Source: a virus (Duplodnaviria > Caudoviricetes). From it: a DNA stretch of 27,874 nt. Positions 16,570-26,607 of this stretch are shown here, piece after piece; positions within the stretch are counted from its first letter, which is position 1; each line of letters starts with the position of its first letter. A program made the translations under genes and the position numbers. The notes beneath the pieces are model-generated. The model made no database searches and was not told the DNA's origin. It saw only the letters and a program-made list of their open reading frames with translations. The stretch is from the IMG/VR virus record IMGVR_UViG_3300037511_000096, positions 1 through 27,874 of that record. The stretch is one strand, 5' to 3'.

Positions 16570-17074
16570 TGAAGTTTATAATCGTTTCAGAACATTTGTT
16601 GTAGATATTTTAGCCAATAATACGATTTCAGTAATATTTGCAAATCAAGTTGCTCCTAGGCCAAAGAAGCCATTTGTTACTATAGCAGTAGGTCAATTGA
16701 ATGAGTTTAGTTTACCAATTAGATACGAGATAGATAGTTTAGGTTTACAAACAGTTTTATCTAATAAGTCATTCTTGATAACCCTTGAGAGTTATTGCGA
16801 CGTATTACATCAAGCCGAAGATCTTTTAACTACGATTCAAAACTTTCTGCCTACAGAAACTGCATATAACCATTTCAAGGGAGAGATGACGTATATAAAA
16901 ACTGTGCTAGGTGTCTCAGCAATACCAACTGGAATAAATGGAATAAACGAAAGCAGGGCAATATTAGAAACTGAATTTTATTTAACTCAAACCATTCAAG
17001 ACAATGTCGGGTTAATAGAACATATAGAAATAAAAAATTTAAATACAAATAAAGAATTTATCATAAATAAATAG
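16559..17074 (+). CDS. Tail terminator/neck protein
   Basis: VIFANQVAPRPKKPFVTI motif; immediately before sheath. Confidence 0.75.
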   Translation: MLISEVYNRFRTFVVDILANNTISVIFANQVAPRPKKPFVTIAVGQLNEFSLPIRYEIDSLGLQTVLSNKSFLITLESYCDVLHQAEDLLTTIQNFLPTETAYNHFKGEMTYIKTVLGVSAIPTGINGINESRAILETEFYLTQTIQDNVGLIEHIEIKNLNTNKEFIINK

Positions 17075-17081
17075 GTAAAAA

Positions 17082-18128
17082 ATGGCTTTAATAGACAGAA
17101 TTGTTGATATCAAAATTACTAGAAATACTAAAGGGCTTACTAAGTCTGAATTTAGTACTATTTTAATTATTGGAGATTCTCTAAATGAGGACGATGTAAA
17201 TCAATATTTTTCATTAGCGGAAGTAGCAGAAAAATATGCAATCACCACAAATGAATATAAAGTAGCGGCGTTAATTTTTGGACAAGTACAGACTGTAACT
17301 AAAATTTTAATAGGGCAAACAAAAGCATCTGAAACGGTTACAGCTGCTTATAACAGAATTGGAGCTATATTTAACTTTTATGCAGTAGTACCTATTTGGC
17401 CAGTGGGTTCAACATTAGACAATATGGTTGAATTAGCAGCCGCAATTGAGGCATCTCAGGGGGCTAATGCTACACCTCGTGTATTAGGATTAGTTGAGAT
17501 CGACCAAGATGACCTTACTTTAATGAGCGCAATAAAAACGGCTAATTATAACCGAACTTTTGTAATTTTTAACGTTCCTACCCCTGCACAAACAGCTGTT
17601 TTTCCAAATGCTGCATGGTTCGGAGCTTTACTTCCACCAGAGCCAGGAACACAGACATGGGCTTATAAAAATTTAGTTGGAATTAACGCGGATCTTCCTA
17701 CTGATGGAACGCTTACAAACGCAAAAATGGTAGCAATTGAAGCTCAAAACGGGAATTACTATACAAACTTTGGCGGTCGGGACGTTACTATAAACGGCAA
17801 GATGGGGAGCGGTGAATTTATAGATATTATCTATGGTATAGATTGGCTTGAAAATGCAATGCAACAAGACTTAGCTACTCTTTTTGTTACCAACCCACGT
17901 ATTCCATATACAAACCAAGGTATTGGCTTAGTGCGCACTGCAATGAGCGCCTCTTTAGATTTGGCTTTAAGTAGAGGGGTAATAGATAATTATACTATTA
18001 ATACACCAGATATTACAGCTGTCCCTTTCATCGACAAAGCGAACAGGGATCTTAAAGGTGTAACTTTTGAAGCTACTCTAACCGGAGCTATTCATAAGAT
18101 TGCAATTCAAGGATACGTAACATTATAA
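17082..18128 (+). CDS. Contractile tail sheath protein, DUF3383 type
   Basis: TWAYKNLVG, GEFIDIIYGIDWL, RIPYTNQG and GAIHKIAIQG motifs. Confidence 0.92.
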   Translation: MALIDRIVDIKITRNTKGLTKSEFSTILIIGDSLNEDDVNQYFSLAEVAEKYAITTNEYKVAALIFGQVQTVTKILIGQTKASETVTAAYNRIGAIFNFYAVVPIWPVGSTLDNMVELAAAIEASQGANATPRVLGLVEIDQDDLTLMSAIKTANYNRTFVIFNVPTPAQTAVFPNAAWFGALLPPEPGTQTWAYKNLVGINADLPTDGTLTNAKMVAIEAQNGNYYTNFGGRDVTINGKMGSGEFIDIIYGIDWLENAMQQDLATLFVTNPRIPYTNQGIGLVRTAMSASLDLALSRGVIDNYTINTPDITAVPFIDKANRDLKGVTFEATLTGAIHKIAIQGYVTL

Positions 18129-18141
18129 AGAGAGAAATTAA

Positions 18142-18588
18142 ATGGCAATAAAAACATACGACCCAAATCAATTTACTTTAACCGTTTTTAGTCCAACGAT
18201 TATAAGTCATATTGTAACTGGATTCGCTAAAGATACTTTTATAAATATGCAATGGGATGAGGACTTATTTAATGATGAAGTAGATGCAAATGGTAATGTA
18301 GTTAGATATAAACTTAATAATTATAATACAATGTTAACTGTTAGCTTAACACAAGGTTCTATTAGCAATGGGGTTTTTTCTAATTTCATGAATGCAGATA
18401 GAACTATTGCAAGTGGTGGAGTATTTACCCTACAAATGAAGGATAATAACGGTGACACACTTATAACAAGTGCTGCCAGCTGGATAAAAACACCTCCAGA
18501 TACTTCTTTTGGTACTAACAATGCTAATCGGGACTGGGGAATAAGAATGACAGAAACTGCAATATATATAGGCGGGATTAATTCATGA
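18142..18588 (+). CDS. Tail tube protein, DUF3277 type
   Basis: KTYDP start, TGFAKDTFI, LTQGSISN and RDW motifs; follows sheath. Confidence 0.88.
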   Translation: MAIKTYDPNQFTLTVFSPTIISHIVTGFAKDTFINMQWDEDLFNDEVDANGNVVRYKLNNYNTMLTVSLTQGSISNGVFSNFMNADRTIASGGVFTLQMKDNNGDTLITSAASWIKTPPDTSFGTNNANRDWGIRMTETAIYIGGINS

Positions 18589-19043
18589 ATAATAATTTTG
18601 AGCTTAAAGCTACAACTGCAACTATTAAAGGGCAAGAATATAAAATTGTGCCCTTTCCGGCTATTCCTGCTACTCAATTATTTCTTAGGTTTACTAGTAT
18701 AGCTGGTGACTCATTTAAAAGTTTTTTTAGTTTAGCAGATAATAACGGCTTTTCAGGATTCGGTGAAGGGGTAGCTTTAATATTCAAAGCTTTCTATATG
18801 AATGACCCTAAATGTGAATTGATATTAGAAATAATGTCACAAACTACGCGCAATGGAATAGCTATAAATCGATCAACCTTCGATCAGTTTTACACTGGGA
18901 ACATTGAAGAAATGAGGGATGCTTTGATTGAAACTATTAAGGTGCAGTTTAAAGGTTTTTTGCCGCTAGACCGGCTTTCTGGCGTCCTTTCCAACATAGG
19001 GATTCAGACGCCAGAGAGTTCGGAGAACTTGACGAGTCTTTAA
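18585..19043 (+). CDS. Tail assembly chaperone (gpG-like)
   Basis: Between tube and tape measure; contains a slippery site. Confidence 0.85.
   Translation: MNNNFELKATTATIKGQEYKIVPFPAIPATQLFLRFTSIAGDSFKSFFSLADNNGFSGFGEGVALIFKAFYMNDPKCELILEIMSQTTRNGIAINRSTFDQFYTGNIEEMRDALIETIKVQFKGFLPLDRLSGVLSNIGIQTPESSENLTSL
18956..19023 (+). other. -1 programmed ribosomal frameshift signal
   Basis: T TTT TTG heptamer (18956-18962), 8-nt spacer, GC-rich stem 18971-18986 / 19007-19023. Confidence 0.85.
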
Positions 19044-19213
19044 AGATAAAGTGGTTTATATATCGACCACTTTTTGAAGGTAAGGTTACATTTACAGAAT
19101 TAAATACTTGTGTAACTATAGATGATTTATTTGAAATAAATGCATTGCTTGATATGCAAGCTGATATTAAATATCAACTTGAACGTGAGGCGGCTTTAAA
19201 ACAAAAGAGATAG
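18959..19213 (+). CDS. Frameshifted C-terminal segment of the tail chaperone (gpGT-like)
   Basis: The -1 frame is open 18953-19213 and encodes ...WFIYRPLFEGKVTFTELNTCVTIDDLFEINALLDMQAD...KQKR; it fills the gap before the tape measure gene. Confidence 0.85.
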   Translation, partial: FAARPAFWRPFQHRDSDAREFGELDESLKIKWFIYRPLFEGKVTFTELNTCVTIDDLFEINALLDMQADIKYQLEREAALKQKR

Positions 19214-19216
19214 CAG

Positions 19217-20938
19217 ATGATTTTAAGGGAGATAGTAACAAAACTTGGCTTTAGCATAGATCATCAAAAAATCAAAGAGTTTGATCGTGCTATTGATAAA
19301 GTGAAGGCTAATCTTAGCGGTCTTTCTGCGGCAGCTAACTTAGCTAAAAAAGCGATGTTTGGTATAGTTGCGGCTACTACGGGCTTAAGTTTATTAAGCT
19401 TACATACTGCAAAGGGCGCTAAGGAAACAGAGCTATTAGCCCAAAGATTAGGGGTTACAGTTGAAGAGCTGCAGGAGGTAGAGCTTGCAGCTCAATCTAC
19501 AGGACTTGGAGTAAACGAGCTCAGCGATTCCATGTCTGCATTCCATAAAAAACTTGGAGATGTGGGGCGCGGTAATACCGAAGCATCTCGAGAGATGGCT
19601 CGTTTAGGAGTTGTATTTACTGGAAGTAACGGCAAGATAAAATCTTCATTTCAACTATTCCAAGAGTTCGCCCAGAAGATCGATAAAATTCAAAATCCTA
19701 TTGCTAAGACAGCTGCATTGCAAAGAGTGCTAGGCACTGAAAATACGCAAATTATAGAGCTGTTTAAGAATGGTGGCGAAGCTATCAGACAACAGCGCGA
19801 AGAGATTCAGAAAATAGCTTATGTTATAGACTCTAAGGGAATCAGTGCTTCAAAGGAATTTTTAAAAAACTGGGCTGATTTTCAGATAATAATAAGTGCA
19901 GTAAAAAAAGAATTGTCTGTTAAGTTTATGCCGGCTTTTAACGGATTAATAAAGATATTCAAAGAATGGTTTATATTAAACCGAGAAATAATATCACAAA
20001 ATATCTCTTCTTTTGTAAATATAACAGCCAAAGCATTTGAACTTTTATTTAGAGCAATAAGTTTTATATTGACTCCTATAACTAAGCTTATTTCAGTAAT
20101 GGGGGGATTAGAGAAGGTTATTACTGTTTTAGGAATAGCTTTGTCGATATACTTTTTACCTCAAATATATTCAGCTATAAGCGCAACTATCGCGTGGACG
20201 GCGGCCCTTTTAGCTAATCCTGTCACCTGGGTTACAGCAAGTGTTCTAGCTTTAGTAGCTGCTATAGCATTACTTATCGAAGATTTATGGAGCTGGGGAC
20301 ATGGTCATAAATCGGTAATAGGATACATTCTAAAAGAATGGTTTGGATTTGAAGGGACTTTTAAGAGTATAGTAGATAATGTAACAAGTTATTTTACCAA
20401 AAAATTCACTGAATTAGGTGAATGGTTCAGCGATTTTTGGAGTGGTATATATAATCCTGTAAGCAATGTATTTAGTAAATTATCGAGCGAACAAGATGAA
20501 GCTAGACAAAAAAAAGCATTAAGAGATGGAAACCAAGGAAAGATTCAAAAGATAACTCCAAGATTTGCAAAATTTACAGGGGGTGATGCGCCTCCTGCAG
20601 TAATAGAATTGGGGGATAAAATAAAAGGTTTTAATAAAGATATTATTGAGCCTCTGGCTATTAATTTAAAACCTAAGTTTGAGGATTTTGCAAAAAATAA
20701 CAATTCACCAGTTTTATTAAATTTAAATTCACCATCTAGTAGCATTGTTCCTAATAATACATATAATAATACTGATAAGAAGGTTACACAATATATCACT
20801 GAAAATATAAATATTAATGTACCTCAAGGAACAAGCGCAGAACAATCAAGATCAATAGCAACACAAGTGGCGCAAGAAATGCAATTGCAATTCAATGCTA
20901 ACATGCAACGTGGTTTAGATGCATTAAGCGCGAGGTAA
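19217..20938 (+). CDS. Tape measure protein
   Basis: MILREIVTKLGF start, helical Ala-rich body, hydrophobic LLANPVTW segment, periodic W/F residues. Confidence 0.92.
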   Translation: MILREIVTKLGFSIDHQKIKEFDRAIDKVKANLSGLSAAANLAKKAMFGIVAATTGLSLLSLHTAKGAKETELLAQRLGVTVEELQEVELAAQSTGLGVNELSDSMSAFHKKLGDVGRGNTEASREMARLGVVFTGSNGKIKSSFQLFQEFAQKIDKIQNPIAKTAALQRVLGTENTQIIELFKNGGEAIRQQREEIQKIAYVIDSKGISASKEFLKNWADFQIIISAVKKELSVKFMPAFNGLIKIFKEWFILNREIISQNISSFVNITAKAFELLFRAISFILTPITKLISVMGGLEKVITVLGIALSIYFLPQIYSAISATIAWTAALLANPVTWVTASVLALVAAIALLIEDLWSWGHGHKSVIGYILKEWFGFEGTFKSIVDNVTSYFTKKFTELGEWFSDFWSGIYNPVSNVFSKLSSEQDEARQKKALRDGNQGKIQKITPRFAKFTGGDAPPAVIELGDKIKGFNKDIIEPLAINLKPKFEDFAKNNNSPVLLNLNSPSSSIVPNNTYNNTDKKVTQYITENININVPQGTSAEQSRSIATQVAQEMQLQFNANMQRGLDALSAR

Positions 20939-20941
20939 AAT

Positions 20942-21613
20942 ATGGCTATTAGTTTAATTGCTAAAATAACTAATCTTGTTGGGGTAGGTAAGAAGCTTTT
21001 ATTTAACAATAAAAGCCAGATTGGTGATTTAGTTATAGATGGTACTCACTTAGAAACTATCAGTTATAGCAATAATATTACTACTCATCCTATTGAATCA
21101 GGAGCTTTTGTTTCAGATCATATATATATTAATCCATTAAAGGTAATAATGGATTGTAGTATAACTGATACCTCAGCTAATATAATTGGCGCGACTCAAG
21201 ATATTATAAATATTTTTAGAGGAAATATTTTTAATAATCTTAGTAATAAATTTTCAGGTAAAGGAGCTAAACAAACAGCAGCTTATGAGTTTTTAAAAGA
21301 TCTAGCGCTTAGTAAATCAACTGTTACTATTGTTAATAAGCTTGACGTCTTACCTAATATGGTTATCGAGTCATTGAGTTTCCCCCGTACTAATGAAACA
21401 GGTGATAGATTGTTTTTTTCTATTACGTTGCAGCAGATTTCTTATGCAACTGTAAGTAAGACGACATCACCAAGTTTAAGCCGTTCTTATAATCTAGGTG
21501 GTAATTTAAATTTGGGAAAGCAGGCTAATAGAGTACCAACTGCGCAAGAAAGTGCCAAAGGGGCAAGCGCCTTAACTAATATTCTGCAAAAAGGGATAGG
21601 GATTAATTTTTAA
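20942..21613 (+). CDS. Baseplate/tube initiator (Dit-like) protein
   Basis: ITTHPIESGAFVSDH and NMVIESLS motifs; follows tape measure. Confidence 0.8.
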   Translation: MAISLIAKITNLVGVGKKLLFNNKSQIGDLVIDGTHLETISYSNNITTHPIESGAFVSDHIYINPLKVIMDCSITDTSANIIGATQDIINIFRGNIFNNLSNKFSGKGAKQTAAYEFLKDLALSKSTVTIVNKLDVLPNMVIESLSFPRTNETGDRLFFSITLQQISYATVSKTTSPSLSRSYNLGGNLNLGKQANRVPTAQESAKGASALTNILQKGIGINF

Positions 21614-21618
21614 AAAAG

Positions 21619-21942
21619 ATGCAAGTAATAAATTGGGCTACAGAAGAAAGTTTTTTTAAGCAGGATATATTGCTCGGTGACCGCCCTTTTACCATGGCGG
21701 CCACTTGGAATACCAGAAGTGAAACTTGGGCCATTAGTTTAAGTACTAATACTGGAGAAATGTTAGTTGAGAATAAAACGCTTGCGATTAATACTGATAT
21801 ATTAAATGGGGTACATTCCGAGAATAAACCTCAAGGTTATTTTGTAGTCACTCCTGTTACCCCTATAGTTGTACCAATTACACAATCTAACATGGGAATT
21901 GATATATTATTAATGTTTATTGGATTTGATGAAATACTTTGA
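21619..21942 (+). CDS. Small baseplate (plug-type) protein
   Basis: WNTRSETW motif, size, position. Confidence 0.7.
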   Translation: MQVINWATEESFFKQDILLGDRPFTMAATWNTRSETWAISLSTNTGEMLVENKTLAINTDILNGVHSENKPQGYFVVTPVTPIVVPITQSNMGIDILLMFIGFDEIL

Positions 21943-22753
21943 TAGAACCTGTATAGTTGAAGTTTCACCAGATATCAGAATTGATTCATTAAGATTAAAA
22001 TTTGATATCAAAAAAAGTATTTTTTCTAATCAAAATTATTGCCGTGTAGATATTACAAATCTTTCACAAATTACACGCAATAAAATAACCAGTAATCAAA
22101 CAAGTTTAGTGCGAGTAAAAGCGGGCTATGTTCAAAATGGTGGAGCTGTTAATATAGGACAGGGAAATATAAGTAATGTAATTCATTCATTACATAACCC
22201 TGATATTGTAACTACAATTTATTCAAAGGATGGTTTTAACTCAATAATTGATAATAATATTAGTTTATCATTTGGAGCTAATACAACTTTAAAATCAGTT
22301 ATTGATACCATTTCTAAAGAATTAGGGCTCCCTATAAAATATGTGGACTATGAGCAGAATGCAACATTTAAAAATGGTTATTCTCATTTAGGGTCTATAC
22401 CAGCGGCTTTAGATCAATTAGGCGAACAATTTAAGTTCCGTTGGTCAATACAGAATGACCAATTATTGATAATACGCAATGATAAATCTAATGGTAATAA
22501 AAGTGTAAGCCTATCAGCTGAAACAGGATTGATAGAATCACCTGAATTAGTAATAAAAACTAAAACATTAGATTTATTAAACAAGAATGAATTTAAAGTT
22601 ACGGCTCTTTTGCAACCTCAATTAGAAGCTGGTGACTTAATAGATATAAAAAGTAAAGTATTAAACGGGACATTTATAGTTCAAGAGTTAAATCATTTGG
22701 GAGATACTAGAGGCTCAGAATGGTTTACAAAGATGATAGTAATAAATAGTTAG
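21920..22753 (+). CDS. Baseplate hub protein (gp27/gp44-like)
   Basis: KAGY, WSIQND, ETGLIESP and GDTRGSEW motifs. Confidence 0.85.
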   Translation: MDLMKYFDRTCIVEVSPDIRIDSLRLKFDIKKSIFSNQNYCRVDITNLSQITRNKITSNQTSLVRVKAGYVQNGGAVNIGQGNISNVIHSLHNPDIVTTIYSKDGFNSIIDNNISLSFGANTTLKSVIDTISKELGLPIKYVDYEQNATFKNGYSHLGSIPAALDQLGEQFKFRWSIQNDQLLIIRNDKSNGNKSVSLSAETGLIESPELVIKTKTLDLLNKNEFKVTALLQPQLEAGDLIDIKSKVLNGTFIVQELNHLGDTRGSEWFTKMIVINS

Positions 22754-22791
22754 TGTGCATATAAGTGTGCATATAATATGCATTAATATGC
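22752..22791. repeat. Short intergenic tandem repeats
   Basis: AGTGTGCATATA twice (22752-22775) and TAATATGC twice (22774-22781, 22784-22791). Confidence 0.75.
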
Positions 22792-22810
22792 GGCACAGTA
22801 AGGTAAAAAA

Positions 22811-24001
22811 ATGGATGATATAGTAAGTTTATTACAAAAGCTAAATTCTAATATTTCAAACTCTATAAGGGTTTGCATGCCTGGAACTATTGAATCTTAC
22901 GATTATACAACTCAAAAAGCTAATATAAAAATTAGTATGAAAGAGTTATATAATAACGGCAAAGAGGTTGATTATCCTGTTGTATCTAATGTACCCGTAG
23001 TCTTTATGACTAGTGGGGGGGCGTCTATCACTTTGCCAATAAATAGAGGTGATAGTTGTTTAGTTATGTTTGCTGATAGGGATATGAGCAACTGGCTAAG
23101 AGGTGGCTTAGGTCAAAAGCCGGATTCAACAAGAATGCACAATATAAGTGATGCTATAGCTATGATGGGTTTATTGCCTTTTACTAAAAAAGGTGGCGCT
23201 ACTAATAATGAAGATGTGTTAATAAATTACAGTAATGCAAGTATAAGAATTACAAAAGGTGGAGATATAAACATAACCACTACCAAGAATGTGAATATTA
23301 AATCAGTTGAAGATATAAACATTGAGTCAAAAAATATTAATGTAAATATAACGGATATAACTACTCTTAATTCAAAGACTATTAATGTCAAGTCAAATGA
23401 GACTACAACTATTGATACAAAGAATATTAATATAAAAGCAAGTGAAATCGTTAATATTAATGCTATAGAGCTAGCGAATATAACCTCAAAGAATATTACA
23501 GCTGATGCCAGCGAGATTGCTAAGATATTTGCGAAAACTCTTCAAGTTAAATCCAGTGAAGACACTACTATTACGGCAAAAAATCTCAGCGTTACAACTA
23601 GCGATGTTACAAGTATTGATACAAAAAATATTACAATAAATGCATCTGAAAGCGTTACAACGACTTGCAAAGATGCTATAATTACGGCTAGTAACGAGAT
23701 AAAAACCACAGCAGTAAAATTTACACATACTGGAGATTTTATAGTAAGTGGGAACTTTGAGCTTGGTGGGACGGGAAGCGGATCAGATGGAGGTGCTATA
23801 ACCTTCAAAGGTGGCATCAATAATACTGGTGATATTATAAATACGGGTGGAATTATAAAATCAGGAACAATTACATTAGACACGCACAAACATTCTTACC
23901 TTGAGCCGGTAGTTGGAAGTAGCCCAACAGCTGCCGTTCCAGGTACGACCGGTCTGCCTATTCCATCTGCTCTTTTAATGAAACGTAAAACAAAGAAATG
24001 A
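22811..24001 (+). CDS. Central spike protein (Gp138/gpV-like) with extended beta-helix
   Basis: N-terminal PGTIESYD, VPVVF, GDSCLVMFADR and RMHNISDA motifs; 7/8-residue beta repeats; C-terminal HKH tip motif. Confidence 0.9.
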   Translation: MDDIVSLLQKLNSNISNSIRVCMPGTIESYDYTTQKANIKISMKELYNNGKEVDYPVVSNVPVVFMTSGGASITLPINRGDSCLVMFADRDMSNWLRGGLGQKPDSTRMHNISDAIAMMGLLPFTKKGGATNNEDVLINYSNASIRITKGGDINITTTKNVNIKSVEDINIESKNINVNITDITTLNSKTINVKSNETTTIDTKNINIKASEIVNINAIELANITSKNITADASEIAKIFAKTLQVKSSEDTTITAKNLSVTTSDVTSIDTKNITINASESVTTTCKDAIITASNEIKTTAVKFTHTGDFIVSGNFELGGTGSGSDGGAITFKGGINNTGDIINTGGIIKSGTITLDTHKHSYLEPVVGSSPTAAVPGTTGLPIPSALLMKRKTKK

Positions 24002-24363
24002 GTAAAACCCTAAACCGTGACTTATTATTAGATGCTACGGGAGATTTATTAGTAACTGATGGTGATTTAGCATTAACAGATTCTAATACTAACACCGCAC
24101 AAGCTATAAGACGAAGATTATGCACTTTTGCGGGTGAATGGTTTTTAGATGAATCAATTGGATTACCTTTTTTTGATGATATCCTTGGGAAAGGTAAGTT
24201 TTTGGAAGATATAAAAGTTATATATCTTAGAGAAATACAATCAATACCCGAAGTAGCTGAAATTTTAGAATTTAATATTGACGCAGATGAATCTGCGCGT
24301 ACATTAATAATAAATTTTACCGTTCGAGATGATAACGGTAATGTAATTGAAATAGAGTTATAA
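23998..24363 (+). CDS. Baseplate wedge/sheath initiator (gp25/gp46-like)
   Basis: DLLLDATGDL and GEWFLDESIGLP motifs. Confidence 0.85.
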   Translation: MSKTLNRDLLLDATGDLLVTDGDLALTDSNTNTAQAIRRRLCTFAGEWFLDESIGLPFFDDILGKGKFLEDIKVIYLREIQSIPEVAEILEFNIDADESARTLIINFTVRDDNGNVIEIEL

Positions 24364-24364
24364 T

Positions 24365-25795
24365 ATGGCTGATCCTATAAATTTTGGGGTAACTGCAACG
24401 GGTTTTAATAAAAAAACCTTTAATGATATAAAAACAGATTTACAAACTAAATTATACGAAACCTTTGGCGCTATTAGGGTTGATGAGGAGTCAGTATTTG
24501 GACAATTAATAGGTGTATTTAGTGAGCCAACCTCATTAGAATGGTTAGCTTTAGAATCAGTATATAACTCATTAAATCCAGATACAGCCAGTGGGTTTAG
24601 CTTAGATAATATAGTTGCATATATTGGACTAAAAAGATTAGAAGCAACTGCAACAACAGTTGTGGGGCAACTGATAGGACTTAATCAAACTATTATACCA
24701 GCAGGTAGCGAAGCAACAGCAATTGGTGTAAATACAGTTTTTAAGCTTGATACAGATGTTACGCTTACAAATCTAGGCTGTATGGCTATCACATTAGATT
24801 TAGAATATCAGGATAATACTTTATATTCTGTAACAATTAATAATACTAATATATTTAGTTATACCTCACAACCTTTGGATGTTAAAGCTACAGTTATTGA
24901 TGCGTTAGCGTTAGCAATAAACAATGGTGATATAGGGGTAACAGCTGGAAATATAAATAATATATTGGTTATAAGTTCTAATAATAATATTCATTTTAGT
25001 TTATCTCACAATGCCAATCTATCTATATTGGCTCTTACCAATAATGGTAATTTTACTGCTGTTGATAAAGGAAATATACCCTTGCAGTCTGGTGCTCTCA
25101 CTAATATACAAACTCCAGTTTCAGGATGGGTAGCAGTAAACAATAATAATGCAGGTATTACAGGTAGAAACTTAGAAACTGATGATGAATTAAGAATACG
25201 ACGAACTAAATCTTTAAAAGTTGTTGGGAGTGGTACTATTGATGCTATAAGAGCTAGATTATTAAATATTAGTAATGTTACAGCTGCATCAATTACAGAA
25301 AATATAAATGATGTTACCAGTTCGGAAGGTTTACCCCCTCATAGTTTTGAGGCTTTAGTATTAGGAGGCAGTGACCAAGATATTGGGGATACTATTTGGA
25401 GTGCAAAACCAGCTGGTATAAAGACTTATGGAAATGTAGCGGTAAATGTAGTAGATACAGCTGGTAAAACTCAAATAGTTAATTTTTCTCGTCCTGTAAA
25501 ATTATATATATATGCAAGTATAGTATTAACAAAAAACATGAGTTTATACCCGCTCGATGGCGATAGCCGTATAAAAGATGGAATAGTTAAGCAGATAATG
25601 GCTTTAGATGTTGGAGAAGATGTAATTTATCAATCTTTATATCAAACTGTTTATAGTATTCCAGGTGTTACAGCAGCTACAATACAAATTGGGGGATCAT
25701 TAGTAGAAACACCACCTACTTTATCAAGTGCAAATGTGGTGGTAGCAGCTTCACAAATAGCTGTAAGTGATATAAATAAAATAAATATAACCTGA
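24365..25795 (+). CDS. Baseplate J / gp47-like protein
   Basis: GRNLETDDELRIR, GLPPHSF, KPAGIKTYG and FSRP motifs. Confidence 0.93.
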   Translation: MADPINFGVTATGFNKKTFNDIKTDLQTKLYETFGAIRVDEESVFGQLIGVFSEPTSLEWLALESVYNSLNPDTASGFSLDNIVAYIGLKRLEATATTVVGQLIGLNQTIIPAGSEATAIGVNTVFKLDTDVTLTNLGCMAITLDLEYQDNTLYSVTINNTNIFSYTSQPLDVKATVIDALALAINNGDIGVTAGNINNILVISSNNNIHFSLSHNANLSILALTNNGNFTAVDKGNIPLQSGALTNIQTPVSGWVAVNNNNAGITGRNLETDDELRIRRTKSLKVVGSGTIDAIRARLLNISNVTAASITENINDVTSSEGLPPHSFEALVLGGSDQDIGDTIWSAKPAGIKTYGNVAVNVVDTAGKTQIVNFSRPVKLYIYASIVLTKNMSLYPLDGDSRIKDGIVKQIMALDVGEDVIYQSLYQTVYSIPGVTAATIQIGGSLVETPPTLSSANVVVAASQIAVSDINKINIT

Positions 25796-26607
25796 TGGGA
25801 TTAAATAAAATAACTAATTTTGTTGAAACGGCCCAACGCAGGTTAATCCAACAAGATAAGGAGCGAGTAAATACAAATAAGTTAGTAGGTTCTTTTGTCT
25901 CAGAGATACAAGAAGCTGAAAATGCAATGTATGATGTATATAAGAATTGCGGTATCTTTACAGCTATTGGTGCTCAACTTGATATTATAGGTAAATTAGT
26001 TGGAGAAGCTAGACAAGGTAGGCCAGATAATGCTTACAGAATAGCTATTATAGCTCGTATTAAATTAAATGTAAGCGCAGGTGAGCCTGATAGTATTATT
26101 GATGCTATTAAGCAGCTTATGGATACTGAAATTGTTGATTTTTCCGAGCCTAATACAGCATATTTTACTGTATTTATTCAAAGTTTGATAAATATTCCAA
26201 ATATTACCTCAATAGTGAAAGAAATGTCCCCGGCTGGGGTCAATAGTACTATTAGTGTATTAAAACCTAATTATGTACCTTTTGTTTTTACCACTACAAA
26301 GGGTACGCCAGCGACATTTCAAGTGCAGCCTTTAGAATATCCGGGGTTTGAATTATATGATTTTGAGGTTGTATATGCTCCGGGGCAGACAGCTACTTTA
26401 GAAGTATTAGCGCAAGATGCAGTAAATATATCTGCGGGCGAAGGGTTTGCGACAGCTTATCCTACTAGATCTATTTTAACAGTAGATAATTTAGATACTG
26501 AATATGATATCGGAGACGGTAGCGTATTAGAATTAAGAACAATTAACGATAATGAAAACTACACCATAAGTAATTTTGGTGGCAGATGGGCAACGGTAAA
26601 AATATGA
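25795..26607 (+). CDS. Baseplate wedge protein (DUF2612/gp48-like)
   Basis: AIGAQLDIIGKLVG, DNAYR and PAGV motifs. Confidence 0.82.
   Translation: MGLNKITNFVETAQRRLIQQDKERVNTNKLVGSFVSEIQEAENAMYDVYKNCGIFTAIGAQLDIIGKLVGEARQGRPDNAYRIAIIARIKLNVSAGEPDSIIDAIKQLMDTEIVDFSEPNTAYFTVFIQSLINIPNITSIVKEMSPAGVNSTISVLKPNYVPFVFTTTKGTPATFQVQPLEYPGFELYDFEVVYAPGQTATLEVLAQDAVNISAGEGFATAYPTRSILTVDNLDTEYDIGDGSVLELRTINDNENYTISNFGGRWATVKI

Noticed and set aside
12220-18677. ORFs 12220-12627, 12894-13103, 15136-15342, 15358-15540, 15742-15948, 17673-17867, 18321-18677
   Set aside because: Shadow or alternate-frame ORFs over conserved structural genes.
26586-26603. Upstream ATG for the fibre anchor gene
   Set aside because: ATG 26604 has the ATGA coupling and the GGTAAAA leader used elsewhere in this genome.
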